A DNA stretch of 64,000 bases. It comes from Phyllobates terribilis. Its lineage: Eukaryota. Of the stretch, positions 36,020 through 51,172 are shown one piece after another; position 1 is the stretch's first letter; every line of letters starts with the position of its first letter. The position numbers were made by a program, and so were the translations under genes. Below the pieces are notes generated by a model. The model was not told the DNA's origin, did not search any database, and saw only the letters and a program-made list of their open reading frames with translations. Location of the stretch: the NCBI RefSeq assembly GCF_046119375.1, contig NW_027362771.1:378448001-378512000 (forward strand), given 5' to 3'.

Positions 36020-37870
36020 CAATAGCGTAATTACCGGGGAGGCAAAGGGTGTAGCCGGGGCCCCGCGCTCTGAGGTGCCCACCCGGAGCTACGCTAGTTA
36101 TAACTGTATCAGCATGCGCTGATACAGTTAAAGTCTGTGGCAGAGCAGGGAGACACGATCTCCCTGCACTGCCACTGGAGCCCCCTCTGCAAGCTCAACT
36201 GTATTGGCATCAGCCGATACAGTTGAAAGCGATGGAGGAGGGAGCATCACCTGAAGCTTCAGTGCATTATACTGAATGGGGTGCATTATACTATTTGGGG
36301 GTGCATTATACTATATGGGGTGCATTATACTGAATGGAGGTGCATTATACTGAATGGGGGTGGGGGTACATTACACTATATGGGGTGCATTATACTGAAT
36401 GGGGTGCATTATACTGAATGGGGTGCATTATAATGTATGAGCTATGGGGTACATTATACTATATGGGGGTGCATTATACTGAATAGGCTATGGGGGGCAT
36501 TGTACTATATGTGGGTGCATTATGCTGAATGGGATATGGGATGCATTATACTGAATAGGATATGTGAGGCATTATACTATCTTGGGGTGCATTATGCTGA
36601 ATGGGCTATGTTGGGCTTTATACTATATGGGGGTGCATTATACTGAGTGGGCTATGGGGGTCATTATACTATATGGGATGCAGTATGCTGAATGGGCTAT
36701 GGGTGGCATTATACTATATGGGGGTGCATTATACTGAATTGTCTATGGGTTGCATTATTCTATATGGGGATGCATTGTGCTGAATGGACTGTGGGGTGCA
36801 TTATACTATATGGGGTGCATTATACTGTATGGGCTGTGGGGTGCATTATATTATATGGGGGTGAATTATACTGTATGGGCTATGGGGTGCATCATACTAT
36901 ATGGGGGTGCATACAGGGTGCATTATACTGTATGGGCTATGGGGTGTGTCATACTGTATGGGCTGTGAGATGCATTATGCTGTATGGGCTGTGGGGTGCA
37001 TTATGCTGTATGGACTATGGGATGCATTATGCTGTATGGAGGACTATGGGGAGGCATTTAAACTATATGCAAGCAATTATACAGTGTGAAAGTTTGTGTG
37101 GGGTCCATCATACTATGTGGAGGGCTGTATGGGGGCCATTATACAGTGTGGAGAGGCATGGAGAAATTATATTGTAGGTAGACCCATTATACTGCATGGA
37201 GGGCTGTGTGGGGGCACAGTTGGGGATCATACTGTCTTGTGGTCACCATACTTTTCCGAGGCAGTTGAGGGGTTGGGTACAGTAGGGCCATCATACTTTA
37301 CGAATTCAATGAAAGGGGAATCTAGGGCTCCAGTAGGAGGAAAATTAGAGGGCACACAGTACCACACATCAGGTGCAGTAATAGGGACACATACGGCAGC
37401 AGCGGATCAGTATTGGGGTTACAGCAGGATGAGCAGTTTGTGCAGGTTGGGGATAAATGGAGGCGGTGCCTGAAATGTGTGAAGTCTAATGTGTCTTTGT
37501 TGTAATCTGTGCAGCCGAGTCTTGGCTGGAAGAAGTTGCCATGTTAGCTTGGGCCAGATGGAAAATATGAGAAAAGTGAATGACTCCATCAGAGAGAACG
37601 TCAGCTGTAAGTTACTACCTGTAACTGTACTGTAATCTCTTATATGTTCTGCAGGACTGGTATCTACCACTATATGTCACCATATGTCGGTAATATCAAT
37701 GTTGGTCTTTGTATAGAGATTTATTTTAGTAACAGGGCAGCCATCTGCTGAGGTTCTCCTACATCCAATATTAGGGTATGTCACCATAGCTGTAATCAGG
37801 TTACCTGGTTAGGGGCCCACTCAGAATTTTCGCCCTCCCCTGAACCCAACCCCTAGCTACACCTCTTCTG
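36020..37870. mobile_element. Non-autonomous DNA-element-like insertion in L1 ORF2, family unassigned
   Basis: L1 frame NLPNI..GYNIACL rejoins across it. Ends CAATAGCGTAATTA / CCCTAGCTACACCTCTTCTG match only weakly. Confidence 0.5.
36260..37150. repeat. GGGGTGCATTATACT(G/A) minisatellite, variable 19-28 bp units
   Basis: Dozens of (G)GGGTGCATTATACT variants; the overlapping Y/G/C/W-rich ORFs are by-products. Confidence 0.95.
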
Positions 37871-38567
37871 TGATATTAGGTAGATTCATTCCTCCATTAA
37901 TTTTTGTGGCCATCAAATTTTTAAGACTAATATGAGATCTTTTGCCTCTCCATATAAAGGGTGAGAATGTTTTATTTAGGGGGATAATGTTCGTATGTTT
38001 TAGGAGCAGAGGAATGGTTTGGATATGATACATGAATTTAGAAACACTCATTATTTTGAATAAATGAATTCTACCCATTAGGCTAAGTGGTAATTCTTGC
38101 CATCTTTTAAGATCATCAATTATGCGAGTTAAGAGAGGAGGGAAGTTTAAGTTATAAAGGGAGGTAAGGGTTATGCCTATCTTTATGCCCAGGTATGTTA
38201 TATGGGACTCTGATATCATAATATCACTATAAGTTAAATTAGAATATGTCAGAGTATCAGATTTCCCTAGAGATAACAGTTCACATTTGGCCATATTAAT
38301 TTTAAAATCTGAATATTCCCCATAGCACTGTAGTATTTTTAAAATTTGGGGTATCTGTTTTTGGGAATCAGAAAGGAAAAGTAATAGGTCATCTGTGAAG
38401 AATGTAGCCTGGATTCTTTCTTTATTAATAAGAATTCCTTGGAAGATTGTTGGGAATTCTTACCAGGGGTCTAATGCTAGATTGAAAAGTAATGGAGAAT
38501 GCAGACATCCCTGTCTGGTACCTTTGAGTAGGGAAAATGGAGGTGACAGAAAGCAATGAGTGCTTGC

Positions 38568-40087
<1,520 letters not shown>

Positions 40088-42433
40088 TAGCTCGTTCAAT
40101 CTTACATTATCGAAAGCCTTTTCGACATCTATTGTTAATAAAGCACAGGTCTCATTTAGGTTAGGTTTTAGGTTTACCCTGTCTAGTGCTAAAAGTATCT
40201 TCCTGATGTTTAGTGCTGCTGATCACCCCTTGGCAAAACCTGCTTGTGAAAGGGTGATCAGTTTTGGCATAATGATGGCAAGGCAGTTGGCTATTATTTT
40301 GGAAAGGATCTTAATGTCAAGGTTAATGAGTGATATTGGCCTTTAAGATCCTGGAGATAAAGGGTCTTTTCCTTGTTTGGGTAACAATTTTGTATGGGCT
40401 AGATTAACCGAATGGAGTACTGTTTTCCCCTTCAGCATATTATTAAATAATTCTGTTAATACAGGAGATATTTCTTCTATCATGAGTTTATTAAATTTGC
40501 ATGTGTAGCCATCTGGTTTGGGGGCTTTGTGATTATGTGAGCCCTTTATTGTGGACATTATATCATCTAATGTGATTTTAACATTGAGATATTGCTTGTG
40601 AGCCTCAGATAATTTGGGAAGGATAACTTTGTCTAATATGTTAGTTTGAGGTGTTTCTTATTCTGTGTTGTCTGTATATTGGCCTTTATAAAAGGATCCT
40701 AAAATATTTGTTACCAGTAGAGGGTTAGTTTGTATCACTCCATTATAGTCTCTTAATTGTAGTGGACCTTGTGTGAAAGATCTATTCCTAACCATATCGG
40801 CCATAACTTTGATAAAAACTTTCTATTTAGATTTAGCATAAGAGTGTCCCATTTTAAAGTTTCTCTTTGTGTCTGTACCTCTTACCCCAGAATGGGTGAT
40901 TATGTAAGGTAATAATGATGTCAATTTTCAGGGATTTTTCACCGTCCAAATTTGCCTGTGTTCTCTCGGTGTGTTGGTGGGTGCTTTTCTGGTATCTTCA
41001 TTAAATGACCAGTGCACCAATCTGTAGTCCTGTGTAGGGGATCATTCTGACCTGTGTGTACTGAGAAGGTGTTCAGTGTAGCATTCGGGTTCCCTGGGAT
41101 CTGTGAAAGAGCGAAAGTTCCAATCTTGGTGGGGTATATGTATGGTTGCTGGATATCACAGTTGAAAACAGATATTTTTCAAGTGCAATGTTAAGCAGAC
41201 GGAGGTAAAAGACCAGTGTTGCCTGGTCACTTTAGCTGAGAAGTCCTCAAAAAGAAGTAATCGACAGGGGTTGTTTAAGTCATCGGTAGGCCTGTTTTAT
41301 GTCACTTTGTTGGTAAAGTCTAGGTATTTTGTTATGACTTGTGTTAGATGCCTGTTGTCATCTTTGTCGAAGTCCCTTTTTGGGGGGCCAATGTGGTGCA
41401 CCCTTTCAATCCTTCAAACACCTGAGATATTAAGAGCTTTAGGAATAGAAGATTTACATAGGTTTCGCAGTTTCCCAAAAAGAAATGATTCTGGCAGTCC
41501 GACAATACGGAGGTTGCTATTCCTGGACCACTTTTCTAGTTCATTTATACGATCTCTGAGGACAACATTTTCCTTGGGGAGCCAAGATAAGGTTGTATGG
41601 TCTGTGTGTGCATCATCTTCTATAGTAGAGATCCTAGCCTCTATTGCATGCACTTGTTCAGCAGTTTCACTTACTTGCTCTTGCACTGCATGTAATCCCA
41701 AGGCAACGGACTCTTTTAATGTAAGCGATATTTCAGGCAAAAGTTTGCTAGCTACTTCGAAGGCTAGTTGTTTCTAATCTAGAGCTGGTGACTGAGTCCA
41801 TGGAGCCGTTGGCTTCCGAGTCTCCTGGAGGTTTTCTTCATCGGGTAGCTGAGTGGCGCGAAGGGATGGAAGTGATGCCACCATGTTTTTCCTGTGTTGC
41901 GCAGATACAGGCAGAGATTCACTGGATTTTGACCAGCTAAGCAGGAGATAACCATATATGTTGAGTCAGTATCCGGACCATTAATTCATTGTTATGTAGT
42001 GAGGTGTGGGACAGATCAGGGTTTGCAGGAGCCCATAGAGACATGTCCTTACATGATCAGCGCCGGAACCAAAAGTCTACAAGCTCTTTTCTATAGAGCT
42101 TGAAGCACTGCACTGAAGTTGGCCAAATTGATGGAGAGCACGATCCAGCCAGCTTCAGTGCTCTTGCACTCCTTTCATACTGTGGAGACACAGCTGCCTG
42201 TGCTAACAGCATCGGAGAGCGCACAGATCAGGCCAACAACTTGACGGTGCTACTGACCCGAACTGTCAATCAGGAGCGCCCTTCAAACAAGCAGAACACT
42301 ATTACTGCTGGAGAGTGATATAATCCTGAAGACAAGATGAGACTATGCCTTTAATGTTGGAATTAAATTAACTATATATTTTAAAATAGCATGTACCTAT
42401 CCAATGGGTCTTTGTATGTATTGCATTTGTTCA

Positions 42434-44537
42434 TGTAATGCACACGCCCGGGCTGAGCGGCGTGTGCATGTGATTGTAGTGATTCCACTGGACCGTGCCG
42501 GAGAGTGAATGCCTGGAGGGGCGTAACTAGGTATTCACCCGATCCGACCAGGGTCGCACGACGGCATACGACACCAGTGCACCAAGGAGGAACCGAGCAG
42601 AGGGACCAGGTGCTACTCCAGGACAGACCCCGGACACGGCTGTTGACCCACACAGGGGAATACAGGAACAGACTGGTAGGCTGGCACACAGACTGGTGGG
42701 TATAGGCAGGCACGACTGGTATGCAGGCAGGCGGGTATGCAGGCAGGGGGGTACAGGCAAGCACAGCTAGAGTGCAGACAGGGAGGCACTAGCAGGTAGG
42801 AACACAGGCGGGATAGGACCCAGTACACACTGGGACTCAGGAACAATACAGGCAGAGGGGTACAGGCAAGCACAGCTAGAGTGCAGACAGGGAGGCACTA
42901 GCAGGTAGGGACACTGGCGGGATAGGACCCAGTACACACTGGGACTCAGGAACAGAACCACAGATGTGGCAGACAAACACAGCAGAGTGAGGCCGCCCAG
43001 AGAGGTGAGCGAGAACAGGGCAGGACAAGGCCGCCTGGAGCGGTGAGCAAGAGTAGAGCAGGACAAGGTCGCCAGGAGCGGTGAGCAAAGGGTCAGAGCT
43101 GAGCGAGACTGCCGGAGCAGTGAGCAAGAGTAAAGCAGGACGAGACCGCCTGGAGCGGTGAGCAAGAGTGGAGCAAGACTGCCGGAGCAGTGAGCAAAAG
43201 GATAAGAGCGGAGCGAGACTGCCGGAGCAGTGAGCAAAAGGGTCAGAGCGGAGCAAGGCTGCCGGAGCAGCGAGCAAAGGAGTCAGAGCAGGCTAGAACC
43301 GCCGGAGCGGTAAGCAAAGGAGTCAGAGCAGGCTAGAACCGCCGGAGCGGTGAGCAAAGGAGTCAGAGCAGGCTAGAACCGCCGGAGCGGTGAGCAAAGG
43401 AGTCAGAGCAGGCTAGAACCGCCGGAGCGGTGAGCAAAGGAGTCAGAGCAGGCAAGGCTGAGCAGGGGGGACAGGGCTCTGTTTACACGGAACAGACAGG
43501 AAGGGAAAGGCAGAGCCAGATACCCACAGGGTACTTGCAGTGAAGTAGCGAGTGGACCACAAACTCACAAACGGGAGTACAGAGACAACAAGCAGGAGTT
43601 AGGTACGAGTTCAGACTCTGCAGAAAAAGGAAGGGAACGGACATAGAGGCAAAACAGGTAAAGGATAGGAGAGAGTTCAGACTGGAACTGAGTGTATGGA
43701 GGAGACCGACACTGCAGCGGAATACAGGAGCGGGTCTGGGAATACGGCCCCCAGAGAGGCAGGATGAACAGGCAAGGAGCGTGTTCAGACAGGACAGACA
43801 AGATACAGGAGCGGGTCTAGGTAATCGGCCCCTAGAAGGCAGGAGGAACAGGCTAGGAGCGTGTTCAGACAGGACAGACAAGATACCGGAGCGGGTCTAG
43901 GTAATCGGCCCCTAGAAGGCGGGAGGAACAGGCTAGGAGCGTGTTCAGACAGGACAGACAAGATACCGGAGCGGGTCTAGATAATCGGCCCCTAGAAGGC
44001 GGGAGGAACAGGCTAGGAGCGTGTTCAGACAGGCCTGGAAATACAGCCTCCAGGATAGGCAGACAAGAGAACACAGACAGGACTCAGTTCAGACACGGGA
44101 ACTGATACCGCAAGGCAGGAGACATAGACAGGACTCAGTTCAGACACGGGAACTGAAACCGCAAGGCAGGAGACAGACAGGACTCAGTTCAGACACGGGA
44201 ACAGATACCGCAAAGCAGGAGACAAAGAACGGGACCTGGCACCTTCAGAGTGCAAGCACACACTGAAAGAACACTATGCTCAGGCCGGGATAGATGGGAG
44301 CAGCTGAGCTATATACCAGGTGACAGACAGCAATAGGCTGAGGACGCACAAGGGGTGTGACCCACAGCAGGTACAAAAAGCAGGAAGTGATCGGGCGCCG
44401 CCCTTAAGCAGCAGAAGCAGACACAAACAGACAGCATGGAGGGAAGCCAGAGAGACATTCTGGACTGGAGATCAAGTGCGCGCTCTTGCACAGTGGGAGA
44501 TGGACCACCATGCAAGGACGCCGCCAGGTATGTTACA
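42434..44537 (-). mobile_element. Solo LTR (2104 bp), Gypsy-type, repeat-rich
   Basis: TGTAA...TTACA termini; perfect 5-bp TSD GTTCA (42429-42433, 44538-44542); ends homologous to the LTR at 54012-55706. Confidence 0.92.
43020..44215. repeat. Tandem arrays inside solo LTR: 36-40 bp units (43020-43452), 80 bp x4 (43720-44032), about 52 bp x3 (44075-44215)
   Basis: AGAGCAGGCTAGAACCGCCGGAGCGGTGAGCAAAGGAGTC about x5; GGAGCGGGTCT at 43727, 43808, 43888, 43968; GACAGGACTCAGTTCAGACACGGGAAC x3. Confidence 0.93.
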
Positions 44538-45100
44538 GTTCATAGATCCACTGTAAAACTTGCTTGTGTAAACCGAGTTCTCAGTTTAGAGACCCAATCA
44601 GTGAAGTGAATACATTACAAACTTTTAGTAATCATTGCACTCTGACTGAGAGCAATTTGCTTAATGTACACAGCACTTCTAATACTGGCTTCTAGTGGTG
44701 ACATATTTTAGAAGAGTAAAAATGTCTGTTTCTGAATGTTTGTGCCTCAAATCGTAATAATTCTGCATTATTCCCAACCCAAGATTTTTATAGTGAAAAC
44801 TTGGCTGCCCAGCAGAGCACATAAAACATCTTTAAAACGCTTTCCAGTATAAAATATATCCCTATATGCCATACAAACTGCTGGCATCCTTACTGATGTA
44901 TGTACAAAAATGAATGTTGGTTTAAGGAACAATTCAACTCTCACATCTAAAGGATGCCTTGCAATGAAGCGTCCTGAATAATAATGCATGTGACTTCAGC
45001 TTCTGGCTGCATAATATCTTCCTGTATAATTACCCAAGTCTTTTCTCAAATTTAAGTTTGAAAAGTCTAAACTTTGCAGATTTTATGAAAGTCAGAGCTA

Positions 45101-45577
<477 letters not shown>

Positions 45578-45619
45578 TCAAAGAGTTAATCTACAGCCAT
45601 AACAGGCAAGTGTAACATT

Positions 45620-46108
45620 TTTTTTGTTTACAGTGTTTACCGATCGGGTTAATTATTTTTATATTTTGACTGTTCTGAACACAATGATACCAAGTATGTG
45701 TATTTTTTCATTTTTTTTGTAATCATTATTTTTAATTGGGGAAAAGAGGGTGATTTGAACTTTTATGTTTTTTTTTATTTTTTCATATGTTTTTTTTACT
45801 TTTCACTCTTCTTAACTCTTGACGCTGCAATTGTTGGACCGCTTGTGCTATATACAGCAATGACATAGCATCACGGTCTCCTTTGAAGCCCGGCCACAGG
45901 CAGGGTTTCAAATGAGTTCCATAATGACAAGCACAGAGGGCTTCAACAGATCCCATAGCTCTGCTCCACATGCAATAGTTAACGGCAGGTCCTAGCTTTA
46001 AAACACAGCCATCACCTACCGAGTATGGGGTGGGCTCACTCCATGAGTCCACTCCATACACCCGCTACTGACTAGAGCCATACATGTACTGCAAATGTTG
46101 TGAAGGGG
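45620..46108. mobile_element. piggyBac-type non-autonomous element fragment in intron 6
   Basis: Ends GTGAAGGGG|TTAA (46109-46112); AT-rich body resembles the 20383-21636 type. Confidence 0.55.
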
Positions 46109-46258
46109 TTAAAGAACATTGTCAAGAGTTATACAACCAGGGGTAAATGGTAGCAGCACATAATGTGATAGATATGGGCAGTACACAAAAAACCTATCCT
46201 GAGATAAATTCAGAAAGAAAAACAAGCAATGAAGTGACATTCCTAATTCAAAACATAC

Positions 46259-46426
46259 CAACAAGATCCCACTCTCCATTAGAGATATACTCAGAAATGT
46301 CTGCTTCTTTCAACTGTAGGTCCAGGGACCAACCCCCGTAAGTCCAAGATCCAAACTTTAGTTTACATTTTTGAATATCAAAAGGAAACCAACGAACATC
46401 TATATAGCAAGAGCTCTTGAATATTC
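46259..46426 (-). CDS. chrna7: nAChR alpha7 exon 6 equivalent (Cys-loop, loop B), 168 bp
   Basis: CCGTCCCTAG|GA ATA TTC..CTT GTT G|GTATGT; (G)[55 protein letters not shown]. Confidence 0.97.
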
Positions 46427-46503
46427 CTAGGGACGGATAAAAGAAAAAGAACATTGGGCTTTATGTCAAAACATACCTAAATAAATTATTATGTCAAAAA
46501 AAA

Positions 46504-47187
46504 GTGACATGTTCTGTCCAGAGTTATAGGCTTGTAGCCCAAGAGAGGCATGTAGGCAGAGTAGTACCCATCAGATGGGAGGTCACCTTGCAGCGGTTGA
46601 TGGGCACACATGAATTGGCCAATTTATGCGCTAAGAACCTCCATTTTTTGTAAGTAAAGCTTATTGAGTAATAACACAGTTTAAATTAAATGGTTTTATT
46701 GTCTTTATGCATCTTGGCCATAATGGAGTGCTGCTGCGCTTTCTTTTCATATATCTTATGCAGTTTCTGCAGCTTGCACCTGTTCACATTTGGGATGTGC
46801 TGGTCAGTTTTTTTTGACATATTACTATAGGAGGTGGGAACTGCCTCCTGTTTGACCTTGCACTCCCCCCATTTAACCAGCAGGTGATGTATATTCTATT
46901 CTACCAGCCCATTTAAATTGTAGGTGTTTTAGCCCAGAAGTGACATGTTCTGTCCAGAGTTATAGGCTTGTAGCCCAAGAGAGGCATGTAGGCAGAGTAG
47001 TACCCATCAGATGGGAGGTCACCTTGCAGCGGTTGATGGGCACACATAAATTGGCCAATTTATGCGCTAAGAACCTCCATTTTTTGTAAGTAAAGCTTAT
47101 TGAGTAATAACACAGTTTAAATTAAATGGTTTTATTGTTTTTATGTATCTTGGCCATAATGGAGGGCTGCTGCGCTTTCTTTTTATA
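46504..47187. repeat. About 245 bp direct duplication, period 436 bp
   Basis: GTGACATGTTCTGTCCAGAGTTATAGGC..GCTGCTGCGCTTTCTTTT at 46504 and 46940, near identical. Confidence 0.9.
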
Positions 47188-48022
47188 TAAATAAATTATT
47201 AGATGTATGACTTTTAATCATATTGTGTAGTCTAATGAATCATTCCATAATAAAGTGATGCACTGAGTTACAGATTAATGCTGCCTGAACCACAGGCAGA
47301 ATGAATCAGAGACTGGCTTCGCTATTGCAACTGTGACTATTTTTTCTCTGAAAAGTTGCATTGTTTTAAATAAAACATACTTTTAAAATCTAGCCAGGAC
47401 TAGTGAGAGGCTTTTCCCGGTGGCTTCTCCCTGCCTCGCTCCTTTAGACTAACAAATCTCTGCCTCTACACACACTTATGTAGATACATCTGAGTCTATA
47501 GGAGTGGGGTGCAGAGCAGCCACCAGGAACATGCCACTTGGATGAGTCATCCGAGAGCACATGGTACCTGATCAGCTTTTAAAATGATATTTTCTCTAAA
47601 AAGCCACAGTGTTTCAAAGTGAAACATACACGGCTGCAATAACACAGCTGGTCTCTGATTCATGCTGCCCATGGTTCAGGCACCTTGAATCTGATGTCAG
47701 GTTCATTTTAACACAAAGGAGAGAAAATGTTTCTTCTGGTGACAGAAAGAGGAGAAAAGGAAGAAATGAGGCACATCTTATATTGCTGTTGCACAAATGT
47801 ATTATTGATTAGCTCCAAAAAGAAGGGATATGTGCACCTCACTGTTGAAAAGTGTCTAGAAAGGTGGCTTAAGTAAGTCTAAAGATGTAAAAACGTTCCA
47901 GATTCTTGGATAAAAGTCTTCCAATCTTTATTTAGTTTTAATTAATTCTTTCACTGAAAGAAAACAGGTAGAAAAGAACAACATACTACAAATGCAATAT
48001 GGCATATTTTGCATAAGCTTAA

Positions 48023-48392
48023 AGGGGCTGTCTCGGACACAAACAATGATAATCTATTATTACGATAGGTCATTAACATCTAATCTGTGGGTCTGCGACA
48101 CTAATTATAACGTACCAATAATATGTTCCCAGTGTTGGAGGTGGCCGGAAGAGCTCAGTTGCGGATCTGCACTGCACAACTCTGTGAACGTTATAGTGGC
48201 CATGGTCGGGTACTGCACATCCACCCCTTATCCACCCAATAGAGAGTGGATGTGCAGTACCTGACCATGGCCACTACATTTTTTACATAGCTGTGCAGCT
48301 CCACAACTGCTGAGTGTCGCACCTTCACCAATAAAATATTGATGCCCTATTCTTAGGATAGGCCATCAATGTAAAAGATTCTGACAATCCTA
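48023..48392. mobile_element. T2/Kolobok-type MITE
   Basis: TTAA|AGGGGCTGTC...GACAATCCTA|TTAA; internal inverted ATAGTGGCCATGGTCGGGTACTGCACATCCAC vs GTGGATGTGCAGTACCTGACCATGGCCACTAC. Confidence 0.75.
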
Positions 48393-51172
48393 TTAATGTA
48401 CAAAAAAAACTCCATGTAACCTAAGTATCAAACAATACCAGTCTTAGGTAACATGATATACATCCAAATAACCTCCTAGAAATTAAAAATATCTGCTACT
48501 CAGGAGACAAATGTATTGACCTAGAAAAATTATCAAGAATACGCAGTCTGCATATGTTTGATAATTTTTATAGGTTTAAGCATAGGTAACATGATAGAAG
48601 GTGGATTGTCCCTAGGAAAATAGAAATAGAGGTCATATCTCATTAGACTGCCATTCACTGGTGTACATCACCATCATTACATCAAGTATAAAATGGGAAG
48701 GGAAAAGATGTGAATGGAAAATAAAATATAATGGTTTATTGAAAATTGCTCTTAAAATGAATACATTTATGCAAAACATGCATTAATAAATGCATATAGG
48801 GTCACCATCTATCAAATAGTGACCCACAAAACCCGGTCCGTAGTACGGTGGAAAGAAGTATTAATGGGAATGCCTAGGAAAATACAAGCAGATTAAACAA
48901 AAAATAGAACAAATCCTGATTAAAAATAACATATTGCCAATAAAAAAAATGAAGAAACACAAATATCATAAATCCAAATGGAACAAACTGTCTTAAAAAG
49001 CATCTGATTTATAATTGGTGTGTGCCAGTGGGCACAAATATATGGACCACAGTAAGAGAGAACTGGTTATTGTGTATACACCTGTACTTATTTTTTCTAC
49101 ATAACTGAGACCACACCTCATGAATTACAACACTGGCTGGTATACCAAATACAATATTTTAAAAAATTACTATGACATTTTTTAATTAAATTTATGACTT
49201 ATTCATACCATTGTGTATGTACGGAAAAAAAAACCTAACAAATATTTATGGTGACAGAGGGTGACTTTTCTATCTATATAAAAAAGATGTAATCTTCAGA
49301 ATTGCAAACATCAAAATCTACAGGCTGAACAGTGTTGTAAAATACTTTTTTGAATGGAAATGCATTTTCCAATGCAGAATTCTACAAGTTAAGGTAAAAT
49401 AATAAGTAAATAATGGAATATTAGAAGTATGGACTGGAATATTAGTTTTTTAGGACTGGAATATTAGATTAGGAATATAGTGCTGTCATATTGCAAACAA
49501 ATCTCAATATCACCTACTAAGTCTACAGTAGAGATGGACTAAAGATGACTGTAATAGAGAGTCCTGAACTCATCCCTGTGTGTAGTATATGTTCACATGT
49601 TGTACACTAGTTTATAGAGATGCCCAACCCAACCCATAACCTATGTGACTAGAACCTAGGTGATGTGGCTTCTGCTCATTCTAGATTTTATCAAATATTG
49701 GTTGCTATTATATTTAAATGTTTCATTAGATTTTTAAATTTAATTCATTTTTATCTATGATTTGTACTTTCGTAAACTTGAAGAATGAAAACTTTTTGAG
49801 GATGTTTTTTTCATTGCTTTTTTGATACATTGCTATTGATCTTTTAGGGCTTTGTAAACAAGTTATTTGGTATTTTTTAAGGAACTTATTTCTACTCACT
49901 GTGAAGATATATAGATAGCGATGCAAATTAACTACTTGGCTGGTGCCTAAAGGTGGAGTGATTTTATACGTCACCATACATCCACAATAAAATAGAGATG
50001 GCATTACCTCGCAGATGATTTAATGTATAATGAAGATGAATCAATGAGAATGATATTAACAGTTATCTCATGACGAAAACTTATTTTTAAGAAAAAGCCA
50101 ACTCAACAATCACATTATTGCAAAAATTTTATTACAGCAGGGAGCTGCGGAATGCCATAAACTCCCACCACCCAACCCAATTGAAAAAAAAGGCCATGTA
50201 AATATATGAAGGTCGGCTCCACAAAAACATGAGCCGCACTTTGGAATTGGCTATCTTCTCTAGCTAATAGCTTAGGCCCACCACAATGATGTTCTTATAC
50301 TCTAATAAGGTACTGTATTTGTTCTCTTCACAATGCAGCTTCCTTAACAAAAAAGTTCTTACAATTTCTTTACACTGGAAATTACACCGATTGAAAATAC
50401 AGAACAATCAAAGTGAATTTGTTGGAGAAGCAATCAAAAGACTAGCACAGTCATGGCATGGTACTAGTCATGAAAAATCAGCTTCATGGTGGGTTTATGT
50501 AGGAGAATATATTCTCTGTGTTTTCGAATTGCAGTAGTATATCGGAAGAAAAAAAGTACAAATATTATAAATCAATTTTTCATTGTTGTTCGCATGTTGT
50601 CTCACATAGACATCTATTTCTTTCATGCTTTCTTGTTAGCTAATCTAGTACCGTTAAACCAATTATATTGTAATTTCATAGAATTTCAGAAACATCGTTC
50701 AATGTTCATTGAAGCAAATAGAAAGTGTTTTTTTAAAGAAAATGGTTATCATTTTAGAGGGGTTATATTGAGAAGTGCTCCACCCAATGGTTCTGGAGCC
50801 TGCAATTCTCAAACTGTGATAAGCTTTGTATGGAATCCGAAGACACAATCAGGAACTAGGTACTAGGGTCAAAACCATATCACAAGCACTAGATTTGTTT
50901 TTTAACACGTACTTAACTTTAAAGCAAATAGTGTAGAGTTCTAAATTGCACATTTTATTACAGATTTAGATTTTTACACATATTTTTGTCATTTTTTTTG
51001 TCATTAGTATGTACATTGCTACAGTGTAAATTTTAGGTAATTTTACCAGTGATCAACAACATATTTCATACGCTACCTATTGTTGATACAAGAACACCCC
51101 AGGCAAAAAGGATTTCTCCACTTCTCTACATTCACAATTAAGAAACCAGTAACAGATACAAATTCTGTTTAA

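Noticed and set aside
36437-37473. Y/G/C/W-rich ORFs
   Set aside because: Products of the GGGGTGCATTATACT minisatellite.
42381-44074. Multiple 70-156 aa minus-strand ORFs
   Set aside because: Lie within the solo LTR repeat arrays; low-complexity and mutually overlapping.
46530-46570. Possible hammerhead in the 436-bp duplication
   Set aside because: Neither CUGANGA nor GAAA core is present; too degenerate to call.
49900-49946. Possible 47-nt cryptic exon on the minus strand (TTTAG|...ACA|GTGAGT)
   Set aside because: Weak pyrimidine tract, would frameshift, no expression evidence; such sites occur by chance.
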